Translations under genes and position numbers: made by a program | Assembly: GCA_963787835.1 (NCBI GenBank) | Contig: CAWBEI010000003.1 | Coordinates: 128,001-192,000 of the forward strand | Length of the DNA: 64,000 nucleotides | Direction: 5' to 3' | Origin: Ignavibacteriota bacterium | GTDB taxonomy: Bacteria; Bacteroidota; Ignavibacteria; Palsa-1295 | Part shown: piece by piece, positions 40,201 to 49,175 of the stretch | Layout: every line of letters starts with the position of its first letter | Position numbering within the stretch: position 1 is the stretch's first letter | The notes under the pieces: generated by a model | What the model saw: only the letters and a program-made list of their open reading frames with translations | What the model was told of the DNA's origin: nothing | The model's database searches: none

Positions 40201-40934
40201 TTTGGATCCCGATGAATATTCCGAACGCGTTCAAGGAACCCTGCTCGGTCAGATAGTTCATAAGACGCTAGAACATATAGATCGCATTGCTCCAACGGGA
40301 ACACTCGACAATAAGATCTTCAAGGTCGAAATAGAACGGTGTCCTCGATTCGCTCGAGATATCAGACGATATAGATCGAGCAAAATATTTCGATGCTGCG
40401 CAAAAACATGTAACTTCGTTCATCGAATCACCGATTGCCCGGCAAGTTCGATCATCCACAAATTCCCGCTCAGAGCTCCCGCTTCAAACTTTACTTCCAT
40501 CCGGCGATACTCTTTTCGGGATTATTGACTGCCTTTACCAAGATCTAGATGGCACCTGGACCATCCTTGATTGCAAGACTGACTCCAACGCTACCGATAA
40601 AAGCATCACTCGTTATCAATTCCAACTTCAGTTCTATGCCTATCTGGTTCACCTCAAGTATCCGAATGCCGGAGCAATCCGATGCATCCTTTTCTTTACC
40701 GCGACTGGCGAGACAAAAGAATTTCAATTCTCAAGTTCCGATTTCTCCAACTTTTCTGAGGAATGTACCAATCTCATCCAACAAATTCGAGAGCAAGAAA
40801 ACATTTCCGATCTAACCTTGCTTCCTCGCAACCTCGAACATTGTCCAGAATGCCGGTTCTTCGATCAAGCATCGAACCAGTGTATCGTTCTTGCTGCTAA
40901 TCTTCAAAACCCAACGGCGATCCCGGCCATATAG
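37205..40934 (+). CDS. UvrD/AddA-type helicase with C-terminal RecB-family nuclease; frameshift near 40335
   Basis: ANAGSGKT, IDEYQDT, VGDPKQAIY, MTVHAAKGLEF, YVAMTRA; after the shift GIIDCL...ILDCKT...QLQFY...CPEC...C, stop at 40934. Confidence 0.88.
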
Positions 40935-41632
40935 CCTATTTCACTGATGGCCCGAAGTGCTGGACCATTGTAGGCTTCCCCACCATCTCCGATCGGCCCA
41001 ATGAGTGGGAATGACCAATATCTTCCCATCAATTCGATCGCGACCTCATAGGAATCGCTTTGATAGACCGAATATCGTGCTCGAAGAAATACACTGATCA
41101 GCAGTGCGTCCCATGAAGTCGATGAAGGATTAGATGATTGAGCCTTCGTTACTGAATCATAAACGTTTGCATTTGCTCCACCTAATCCAAATCCTACTCC
41201 GATGCCTGCACCCAATCGGAACCCTCCTTCACTGATAAAATTCCGCAGTGTTTCGATCCCAACCGTTGTCATATCAAGCGACTCTTGTACCGACGCCGGA
41301 TAGTTGGGATTTTTTCCAGAAGCATACGTCGACCACATCCCATTCCAATCGCGAGTCTCGTTTACATTCTCGATAAAAACGGATACCGACTGTACGCCAT
41401 TCGAAGCAAAGCTATAGTATAAATGTTCGATCGCCGGATTCGTAAAAAATCCCCGGTTCGTTTCATTGGCAGAGATCAGCGGCTTCTGCCCATTGATAGC
41501 AAGCCACAGCCCTATCTCATGCGGCATGTTCTGGGCTCTTGCAGTGGATAGTGGATAGTGAATAGTGGATAGCCCAAAAACAATTGGCACTAACCACCTA
41601 AAACTATTCTTCCTCCACTTTCCACTATTCAC
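40904..41632 (-). CDS. Probable outer-membrane beta-barrel protein
   Basis: Signal peptide, amphipathic strands, C-terminal GF. Confidence 0.7.
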   Translation of the reverse strand: MNSGKWRKNSFRWLVPIVFGLSTIHYPLSTARAQNMPHEIGLWLAINGQKPLISANETNRGFFTNPAIEHLYYSFASNGVQSVSVFIENVNETRDWNGMWSTYASGKNPNYPASVQESLDMTTVGIETLRNFISEGGFRLGAGIGVGFGLGGANANVYDSVTKAQSSNPSSTSWDALLISVFLRARYSVYQSDSYEVAIELMGRYWSFPLIGPIGDGGEAYNGPALRAISEIGYMAGIAVGF

Positions 41633-41648
41633 TATCCGTTATCAACTA
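41543..41648. repeat. Two inverted arrays of 7-bp repeats (AGTGGAT x4 at 41543-41572; TCCACTA-like x5 at 41614-41648)
   Basis: Seen directly; the arrays are mutually complementary. Confidence 0.75.
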
Positions 41649-43412
41649 TTAATACACTCTCTTCTTCGGCTGGTATTTCGTGATCGCGACAGGGCGGTAT
41701 TCCAGCTTCGGTTTACCTTCACCGCTCTTGTATGCGAAGGTATGCTTCAGCCAGTTGTGATCATCGCGGTCGGGGAAATCTTCGCGGGAATGTCCGCCAC
41801 GTGATTCGGTGCGATTCAGTGCGCATTCCAGTGTCACATGCGCCGTATCCAGCAGGTTCCCGAGTTCGATGGCTTCCAGAAGATCGGTATTGAACTGACT
41901 TCCCTTGTCATCGATCACCACTGTTTTGTATTTTTCTCGAAGCTCTCCAATTCTATCGAGCGCCGATTGAAGTCCTTTGGCATCGCGAAAGATTCCGCAA
42001 TCATCCATCATCATTTGCTGCAATTCGGTGCGGAGCGGAGCCGGTTTGTTGCCCGAAGTTCTCGATTTGATCTCTTCAATTTTCGCTTTCGTTGTTTCGC
42101 CAGCATTTGAAAGCAGAGTAGGATATTCCGCTCCTGATTTGAGATATTCCGCAATTGCCTTACCGCCTCTACGGCCAAATACAATAAGATCGAGCAACGA
42201 ATTTGTCCCTAACCGATTCGCGCCATGAACGCTGACGCAGGCGCATTCCCCTGCCGCATAAAATCCCTGCACAATGCCATCCTTATGGTCGAGCCGTACA
42301 CGGCCATCGACATCCGTGGGAATGCCTCCCATCACATAATGCGCGGTCGGCTGGATCGGTACCCCTTCTTTCGTTGGCTCGACTCCAAGGTACGTTCTCG
42401 CAAAGCCAACGATCTCCGGAATTTTTTCCGTGATGATCTTAATATCGAGATGCGTCAGATCAAGCAGAATGTAATCCGTACCATCGGAGCCTCGAATGCC
42501 TCGGCCTTCGCGAATTTCCTGAATGATGGCTCGCGAGACCATATCGCGTGGTGCAAGATCCTTCACCGTTGGCGCATAACGTTCCATGAACCGCTCGCCA
42601 TCCTTATTGCGAAGAATTCCGCCTTCGCCGCGAGCCGCTTCCGATACTAAAATTCCGAGTTTCCAAAGTCCCGTCGGATGGAACTGCATGAATTCCATAT
42701 CTTCGAGCGGAAGTCCGGCATTATAGGCCAGCATAAATCCATCGCCGGTTCCCACGTGGGCATTCGAAGTGATGCGCCAAATTCTGCCATCACCACCGGT
42801 CGCGAACATCACGGCTTTCGCATGAAAGACGTGAACTTCGCCCGTCAAAATCTCTATCGCGACGACTCCGCTTGCCACGCCATTCTCGTAGAGAAGTTCC
42901 GTTACGAAAAACTCGCTGAAGAACCGCACATTATTCTTCAATGAATTTTCATAGAGCGTATGCAGCATCGTATGACCCGTGCGGTCAGCCGAATAGCACG
43001 AGCGCATCACCGCGACGCGCTTCGAATCCGGATCGCTCGGATCGACGGGCCGCGTATGACCGCCAAACCGGCGCTGGGCGATCTTGCCCTCATCGGTTCG
43101 CGAAAAAGGCATGCCCATGTGCTCTAACTCGACGACCGCCCTCGGCGCATCGTTGCACATCACCTCGATCGCGTCCTGATCGCCGAGGTAATCCGAGCCC
43201 TTCACGGTATCGTACGCATGCCAGTCCGGATGATCTTCTTCCAGATTGCCCAGCGCGGCGCATACCCCGCCTTGCGCTGCGCCCGTATGCGAGCGAAGCG
43301 GATGAACTTTGGTGAGCACGGCGCAGGTATAGCCGGCCGGAATTTCCACGGCCGCGCGAAGCCCTGCTCCGCCCGCGCCTACGATTATTACGTCAAATTG
43401 ATGTGTCGTCAT
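41649..43412 (-). CDS. sdhA: Succinate dehydrogenase flavoprotein subunit
   Basis: GAGGAG, RSHTGAAQGG, QFHPTG, SEAARGEGG, HGANRLGTNSLLD, ESRGGHSRED. Confidence 0.96.
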   Translation of the reverse strand: MTTHQFDVIIVGAGGAGLRAAVEIPAGYTCAVLTKVHPLRSHTGAAQGGVCAALGNLEEDHPDWHAYDTVKGSDYLGDQDAIEVMCNDAPRAVVELEHMGMPFSRTDEGKIAQRRFGGHTRPVDPSDPDSKRVAVMRSCYSADRTGHTMLHTLYENSLKNNVRFFSEFFVTELLYENGVASGVVAIEILTGEVHVFHAKAVMFATGGDGRIWRITSNAHVGTGDGFMLAYNAGLPLEDMEFMQFHPTGLWKLGILVSEAARGEGGILRNKDGERFMERYAPTVKDLAPRDMVSRAIIQEIREGRGIRGSDGTDYILLDLTHLDIKIITEKIPEIVGFARTYLGVEPTKEGVPIQPTAHYVMGGIPTDVDGRVRLDHKDGIVQGFYAAGECACVSVHGANRLGTNSLLDLIVFGRRGGKAIAEYLKSGAEYPTLLSNAGETTKAKIEEIKSRTSGNKPAPLRTELQQMMMDDCGIFRDAKGLQSALDRIGELREKYKTVVIDDKGSQFNTDLLEAIELGNLLDTAHVTLECALNRTESRGGHSREDFPDRDDHNWLKHTFAYKSGEGKPKLEYRPVAITKYQPKKRVY

Positions 43413-43543
43413 GTGTTATGGAGGTCTTCAACATTAGGGAGGAGTATTTAATCCACCACAAAAATACGGAATTGTAAGCCACTTCTCCCGGACATTGCTT
43501 TCACGAAAAGAAGATGAATTACCATCAACTAGTTTTCTATAAA

Positions 43544-43760
43544 AAATAGGTGCCATTTTTCTTTTTTGTGAGTTCCCGACGACCCTCGAATTTGAGCCAA
43601 TTTCTCCATTTGTTTCAACAAATTCTTTCTCAAAGAACTGGTTCATTACGAAATCTATGCCGTTGATTTTCAAAGAGCAAATGAGCACCTATTCTTAATT
43701 CTCAATTCGTAATTGAAAATTGATATAGGTGCCTATCATAGCACAACCTAATATACGACA
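43544..43760 (-). other. Dispersed non-coding element, copy 2
   Basis: Reverse complement homologous to 8333-8562. Confidence 0.75.
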
Positions 43761-43801
43761 TAAATTGCGACGGTGTTTAAAAAACAAAAATCCAGATCTG
43801 C

Positions 43802-43826
43802 GTAGGTCGGTGCTTCCAGCCCGACC
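43802..43826 (+). repeat. GTAG-type REP-like hairpin
   Basis: gtaggtcggtgct-tcc-agcccgacc. Confidence 0.6.
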
Positions 43827-43842
43827 CCCAAGTGGCGGAGCC

Positions 43843-44044
43843 ACGAAGTACTCGCAGCCCAGGGTGCAACGAAGTGGAACCCTGGGTTAACAAGCAAGCA
43901 TTTATTTATAGCCCTGAAAGGGCGATGTTCACTGTCGGAGATTACTCCGTCCTTTCAGGACTCTGGGATCTAAAACGAACGCAACCCCAGCATTCCGCTA
44001 CGCCGCAAGCGGCTTCGCTCCATGCTGGGCTGCGAGTACTTCGT
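43843..44044. mobile_element. MITE-like palindromic element
   Basis: Perfect 20-bp terminal inverted repeats acgaagtactcgcagcccag / ctgggctgcgagtacttcgt; internal cctgaaagg/cctttcagg and cccaggg/ccctggg stems. Confidence 0.7.
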
Positions 44045-44139
44045 CGCCCCGCGACTAAATGCCACCCACCCCCTCCTCTTTTCATATTTCAGCTTTTCCC
44101 CATGGGGGACGATACATCCAACCCAGCAGTTACCATAAA

Positions 44140-44394
44140 ATGCGTCCCCGCCCATACCTGTTCGCGATCCTCTTAATCCTCATTGCCTTCTCATCACCAT
44201 CCCACGCCCAGGGCAAACCCACCGACACCACTAAAATAGAAAAGACGACCGATTCAACCGTCTATGTCACAAACAGCGGCAAAAAATACCATCGCGCCGG
44301 ATGCATCTACCTCGGCAAAAGCTCCATCCCCATTAAACTCTCCGACGCAAAAAAATACTACCAACCCTGCAAACGCTGCAAGCCGGTGGAGTGA
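44140..44394 (+). CDS. Small secreted protein with Ada-metal-binding-like motif
   Basis: Signal peptide; VYVTNSGKKYHRAGC...PCKRC. Confidence 0.75.
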   Translation: MRPRPYLFAILLILIAFSSPSHAQGKPTDTTKIEKTTDSTVYVTNSGKKYHRAGCIYLGKSSIPIKLSDAKKYYQPCKRCKPVE

Positions 44395-44422
44395 GATAAA
44401 CGGATCTCATTCCTCCATAAAT

Positions 44423-45325
44423 CTAAATCCCATAGTTGACATGCCGCTTGAGCACTTGAATCAACTCCTCAATTATAGGCTTCCGCCTGTCTTCAGCAGA
44501 CTGGAAGGCGTATTGCTTATGAAAGCTTTCGAGGCACGCAGAAACGGCGTGAATTGCACTGTTTAGTATGAGTATGTGCTGGTCGGCAATGGTATTAGCT
44601 AGTTTTTCAGCATTGATTGGTCGAATCATTTCAAGGTATCCACAAAAATAGAGCGTACTATATAGAGTACCATGTAGCGCCTCAGATGCTTGTCGGTAGA
44701 TCATGAGCCGTGCCATATCAAGGTCGCTTTGAATCGACATACCTAACGCATTACCGACTGCAGCAATACGTTGATCTAGAGTTTTCTCTGTCCATTCTTT
44801 CGCTTTTCCATTGATTGTAGAAAATTCATCGATCGCTTCTTGCAGTTCTGGAACTTTATCCGCATCGGGTCTTCCTTCAAATGAAAACCGAAATCTACTG
44901 GATCCGAGACGCACGTCCTGTTCCATCTCGCGAAAGTGCTTTTGTTGGGCGTGTCGCAGTGCCTTCTTGGCCATCTCGGAACCCTCAGCAATAATATAGC
45001 AAATATTTACCGACAATTCGATGATTGAACGAGAAATGCCGTAGCAGTCTCTTGTTTGATCGCCTGCCCCATCTGAAAGATCCACGAGTGTAATCGTAGA
45101 AGACTCAATCGCCTTATAAAGTGGGAGTAGGGCGAATGTTAGGTCAGTGGGGACTTCTTCCTCTTCTCTGCGCAGCATGGAACCCCACTCGGAACGCATC
45201 AATACATGGACAGGCCCCTTAATAATACTTGAAATCCGCTCAAGAATTGACCTGAGTTCTTGAATGCACTGTTCTCTGTCCGGCGATGCTTTGACTCGAG
45301 GTGGTCTTCTCAATGTATTGTCCAT
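44423..45325 (-). CDS. Hypothetical protein, DUF5677/HEPN-like
   Basis: RSIIE and YRQASEALHG motifs; predicted mostly helical. Confidence 0.6.
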   Translation of the reverse strand: MDNTLRRPPRVKASPDREQCIQELRSILERISSIIKGPVHVLMRSEWGSMLRREEEEVPTDLTFALLPLYKAIESSTITLVDLSDGAGDQTRDCYGISRSIIELSVNICYIIAEGSEMAKKALRHAQQKHFREMEQDVRLGSSRFRFSFEGRPDADKVPELQEAIDEFSTINGKAKEWTEKTLDQRIAAVGNALGMSIQSDLDMARLMIYRQASEALHGTLYSTLYFCGYLEMIRPINAEKLANTIADQHILILNSAIHAVSACLESFHKQYAFQSAEDRRKPIIEELIQVLKRHVNYGI

Positions 45326-45402
45326 ATGAATTATTTTTCTCAGTAAACAATGTGGCAATGTAGTTGTGGTCCTTGAATAAACATTTAGGACTTGTGGATC
45401 TG

Positions 45403-45463
45403 CCATTTGGCAAGCTACCGCAGCGCTCGCCGTTTCGCTTGGGGCCCTTTCTATTGCCGCTCG
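45403..45463 (+). repeat. Direct repeat flanking vapBC, copy 1
   Basis: 61 bp, 4 mismatches vs 46147-46207. Confidence 0.9.
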
Positions 45464-45512
45464 CGGAGGTTTCACGGGGCACTGTCGGGGAGCACAAGCG
45501 GTTTAATCATAC

Positions 45513-45743
45513 ATGCAGGCGTACCACATCGACACCACCGTTACACCGGAAGGACTTTTGCTCCTACCGAAGCTGCCGCTCACAGCAGGTCAGCGTGTAA
45601 GCGTGACGATCGAGCCGAAGAATGGCGCTGCCCATACTCGCCGGTCGTTCCCGCTCCGGGGATTGCCGCACCGGTACACCGATCCGTTCGAGCCAGCCGC
45701 ACCATCCGAAGATTGGGAAGCATTGAACGATGACCCTTCTTGA
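45513..45743 (+). CDS. Putative antitoxin
   Basis: LP..AGQRVSVTI, PLRG....Y.DPFEP....DWEA; overlaps the PIN gene. Confidence 0.75.
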   Translation: MQAYHIDTTVTPEGLLLLPKLPLTAGQRVSVTIEPKNGAAHTRRSFPLRGLPHRYTDPFEPAAPSEDWEALNDDPS

Positions 45744-46121
45744 TACGCACGTTTGGTTCTGGTGGGTTTCGTCTCCGGAACTACTCTCGAATGCCCAACG
45801 CGAATTTTTAGAAAAGACGACCGATCAAATCGCTGTCAGTATTATTTCCCTATGGGAAATTTCATTGCTTGAGTCGAAAGGGCGTATAGATTTACCAAAG
45901 CAGTAAAAGAATGGTTCGAGATGGCGCTCGACGAACCAAAGATCGACGTGGTTGACCTGAACTCTGAAATCGTAATTGATTCCACTCACCTTCCAGGTAC
46001 ATTCCACCGAGATCCCGCCGACAGAATGATCGTAGCGACATCACGTGTTTTAAAGGCACCACTAATTACTTCGGATTCGAAGATTCTCAAGTATGAGTTC
46101 GTTGACAAAGTTGGAGTATAA
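45730..46121 (+). CDS. vapC: PIN-domain VapC toxin, frameshifted near 45899
   Basis: LLDTHVWFWW, SIISLWEI..L..KGRI, then HRDPADRMIVAT...LITSD in a second frame; one more A in ccaaag restores the frame. Confidence 0.85.
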
Positions 46122-46139
46122 CACTCCCTATCTCCTCAC

Positions 46140-46286
46140 TTGAAAACCATTTGGAAAGCAACCGCAGCGCTCGCCGTTTGGCTTGCGGCCCTTTCTATTG
46201 CCGCTCGGATCAATACGGATCGAGGAATATTTATGATCTTCTTAGATATGTCCGCCGTGGGTATCGCCGTGCTTGCCGTTCGCTGA
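46140..46286 (+). CDS. Small hydrophobic protein (48 aa), below the ORF-track cut-off
   Basis: TTG start, MKTIWKATAALAVWLAALSIAARINTDRGIFMIFLDMSAVGIAVLAVR*; contains direct-repeat copy 2. Confidence 0.4.
   Translation: MKTIWKATAALAVWLAALSIAARINTDRGIFMIFLDMSAVGIAVLAVR
46147..46207 (+). repeat. Direct repeat flanking vapBC, copy 2
   Basis: Matches 45403-45463. Confidence 0.9.
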
Positions 46287-46351
46287 TATCGCCAGCGCAA
46301 ATTAGATAAAGTTACGAGGGCGCAGATCGAATCGGTGCGGGGATAGTTACT

Positions 46352-46927
46352 TCACTGCTTCAAAGTATCAACTCTTACAGGAAGGAAACGGAGGGAATCG
46401 TTTTCGGCTACGATGCGCTGATGGTCTTCCGCTTCAGGACAGCACTGGGATTCGTTATGGAGCCAGTGCGCGGTTATCACATCGAGCGTATCTCCATAGA
46501 GCGTGTCTCTGAAATGCGGCCCACCAGCACATCCAACATATTTCGGTCCGTCAGGAGTCTGAAGAAAAATAACGGCTGTGGCAAAACCTCCTGAACCACC
46601 AGAGAAAAGCGTTATAATAGCATCTTCACGCCCGTCGTGATTTAAGTCGATATAGTTTGTTGGGAAAAAGCGTGTATATAAAGAACCGCCTCCCTGTTCC
46701 CGATCCAACACAAGCCGATAGGACGGGATCACCGTCCCAATTGTGTCCACGATGCTTGCAATAGAATCATACTCAAAATGCACATTATCATGTGCAAGTA
46801 GCGAATCCCACTTCACATTTCGGATCGAAGTATCGATTGCAGAAACTAAAGATGATTGCTGTTCCCTCTTTACACACGAAGGAAGCAAGATCGGAAGCGC
46901 AAGCAAAAAAATAAATCGCGCAGTCAT
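46352..46927 (-). CDS. Lipoprotein (LppP/LprE-like)
   Basis: Lipobox LPSC; DLNHDGREDA, SGGSG, CCP motif. Confidence 0.7.
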   Translation of the reverse strand: MTARFIFLLALPILLPSCVKREQQSSLVSAIDTSIRNVKWDSLLAHDNVHFEYDSIASIVDTIGTVIPSYRLVLDREQGGGSLYTRFFPTNYIDLNHDGREDAIITLFSGGSGGFATAVIFLQTPDGPKYVGCAGGPHFRDTLYGDTLDVITAHWLHNESQCCPEAEDHQRIVAENDSLRFLPVRVDTLKQ

Positions 46928-47431
46928 CTATTTCTTCGTCGAATCCATTGGTGGCGCCGCCGGAACCGGAAAGCTCGATTGTATCTCCGGATGGCGAATC
47001 AGCCCACCCTGATATGCGGTTTTTGCAAAGGTTGAGACCTCGAACAGTCCACCGATGACACATGCGATTATTACCCATTGCTTCGGTTCCTTGTTATCGG
47101 GGTTCCTCCATGCTTGAATTAGTCCAATAAGCGCGACCACTGCAAACACGTAACTGATATTGCGTGCCCAATCCGCAGCCTCGCTGTGTTCGTGAATGAG
47201 CTGTTTATCGATACCGCTTACGTTCTTCATTTCATGGGAAGCCTTCCCACCCGTGAGATCGGAAACATACGCCGCAACTCCAAGCAGCACGAATCCGACA
47301 AGCGCAAGCCGCTTCAGCTCCGCATTCTTGCGGATCATGGCATAAATAAGCAGCACAAGCACAATAATACTTCCCTCGACCGGGAAATGATTGACAAGCA
47401 AATGAAGGTGCGGCGGCGTGAGATCGAACAT
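46928..47431 (-). CDS. Membrane protein (DUF2231-like)
   Basis: HLHLLVNHFP, TGG.A, HEHSEAA, GGLIRHPEI. Confidence 0.75.
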   Translation of the reverse strand: MFDLTPPHLHLLVNHFPVEGSIIVLVLLIYAMIRKNAELKRLALVGFVLLGVAAYVSDLTGGKASHEMKNVSGIDKQLIHEHSEAADWARNISYVFAVVALIGLIQAWRNPDNKEPKQWVIIACVIGGLFEVSTFAKTAYQGGLIRHPEIQSSFPVPAAPPMDSTKK

Positions 47432-47464
47432 AAACGTTGTCTTGGTTAAAAATCCAAGACAAAG

Positions 47465-47911
47465 TTACGATTTATTTTTAGCCTTTGGGTGAAAAAGCAC
47501 ATGATCCAAACTCAGCATTCCCGGTCCTGCAAGGGCGATGGTGAGTGCCAGCATTGCAAGCGAGCCGGGAAATTCAAATCCGCCCGGCCCTAATAACCCA
47601 TTCTTGAAATGAACAGCGAATACCGCAACAAGCATATTGATAAGAACCGCAATACTAAAAAATCGAGTAAGCACTCCAAGTATGATGCCTATGCCGCCCA
47701 CTAATTCGGTGAAACAGGAGAGATAGGCCAGCCATGATGGCATACCAAGCCCTTTGCTCATTCCGTCCACCGTTGCGTCCAGCCCTTTTCCGCCAAAAAC
47801 GCCGAATACTTTCTGCGCCCCATGCGCGAACATGAGCACTCCGAGCGTCACACGTATGACGAGAATTGCTGCCCCGATAAGCTTCTCATTTGAGTGAATA
47901 AATATCTTCAT
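47465..47911 (-). CDS. DoxX-family membrane protein
   Basis: RVTLG..MFAHGAQKVFG.FGG.G, ELVGG, GGFEF, GPG.LSLD. Confidence 0.92.
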   Translation of the reverse strand: MKIFIHSNEKLIGAAILVIRVTLGVLMFAHGAQKVFGVFGGKGLDATVDGMSKGLGMPSWLAYLSCFTELVGGIGIILGVLTRFFSIAVLINMLVAVFAVHFKNGLLGPGGFEFPGSLAMLALTIALAGPGMLSLDHVLFHPKAKNKS

Positions 47912-47972
47912 TTTTAGTAAAAAATGATTTTACTTGTTCCAACAATTAATGTTTCATTTTTCTTGTTTAAAC

Positions 47973-48074
47973 GTCATTGCGAGGAGTCCCGGAGGGACGA
48001 CGAAGCAATCCGTTGCGATTACGCTTGTTCTCCCGAGATTGCTTCGTCGCTCCTTCGTCGCTCCTCGCAATGAC
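47973..48074. repeat. Palindromic element (RPE-like GTCATTGCGAG...CTCGCAATGAC)
   Basis: Terminal IR gtcattgcgaggag/ctcctcgcaatgac; inner gacgaagcaatc/gattgcttcgtc. Confidence 0.8.
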
Positions 48075-48464
48075 ATTATTATGGCCTTTGCACTAAGAAT
48101 CCTTAAATCTTATTAACTATACTCCCCAATTCATCTCATCTACCCAACATTCAGGCCAGAAAAAATGCAAATTGAAACATCCTGGAAGTTTTTGCGAATA
48201 TAACGGAGCTCTCGTGATTTATTGATCAGGTAACACCTCCGGATCGGTAATGTGGTCAAAACCAAGAAAACAGACTCTATTTGCGATAAATTTATGCTTT
48301 TCTTGGATTCAGACAAAAAATGTCGTACTTTTGCACGTTAATTTTTGGTCGGACAACAGTTAGGGCAAAAAGAGTGTATTGGTAACAATGCTGGTTTCGT
48401 GAATGAATCCCGCATTTTCCCATTCCGGACAGGGATGGGTGAACAGAGGATAATAAGGGTAAGC

Positions 48465-49175
48465 ATGACGCTCAGCGAATTAGACGAAAAAGGAATACGG
48501 GATCGACACCGCGACTTCGAACGCGAGGCGATGCCGCACATCAACGCGCTGTTTAACTTCGCGTTGCGCATGACCGGCGACCCTGACGATGCCAACGATC
48601 TCCTTCAGGAGACCTACATGAAAGCCTATCGGTTCTGGGACAAATTCGAGCCTGGCACCAACTGCAAAGCGTGGCTTTTCCGCATCATGAAGAACTCCTA
48701 CATCAACATTTATCGCAAGGAGTCGAAAGAGCCCGATAAAGTCGATTACGAGGACATCCAGAATTTCTACAACACCATTCGCTCGGAATACACCGACCCG
48801 AACGACATGGAAGCGCGCCTGTATCGTAATTTGTTAGATGACGATCTGACGAAAGCTGTCGAATCGCTGCCCGAGGATTTCCGCACCGTCGTGATCCTTT
48901 GCGATATTGAAGGATTTACCTACGAAGAGATCGCGGAGTTCGTCGATTGCCCGATCGGAACCGTCCGCTCGCGCCTTCATCGCGGACGAAAGCTTTTGCG
49001 CAACAAGCTCATCGAGTATGCGCGCGTGCGTGGATACAATGTAGATGAAGAACGCCATCGCAAATCCGGCATGGGCTGGGAAGACGAAACCGGTACGCTC
49101 ATCGGCAAAGAAAGTGGTATGCCGATCGTGGGCGACCGTATCGAGAACGGTCACACCAACGGCCACGCTCGGTAA
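48465..49175 (+). CDS. ECF sigma-70 factor (RpoE/SigH-like)
   Basis: DANDLLQETYMKAY, KAWLFRIMKN, FTYEEIA...PIGTVRSRLHRGR; TACTTTTG -7 motif near 48326. Confidence 0.93.
   Translation: MTLSELDEKGIRDRHRDFEREAMPHINALFNFALRMTGDPDDANDLLQETYMKAYRFWDKFEPGTNCKAWLFRIMKNSYINIYRKESKEPDKVDYEDIQNFYNTIRSEYTDPNDMEARLYRNLLDDDLTKAVESLPEDFRTVVILCDIEGFTYEEIAEFVDCPIGTVRSRLHRGRKLLRNKLIEYARVRGYNVDEERHRKSGMGWEDETGTLIGKESGMPIVGDRIENGHTNGHAR

Noticed and set aside
41543-41648. CRISPR array
   Set aside because: 7-bp tandem units without spacers; no cas genes
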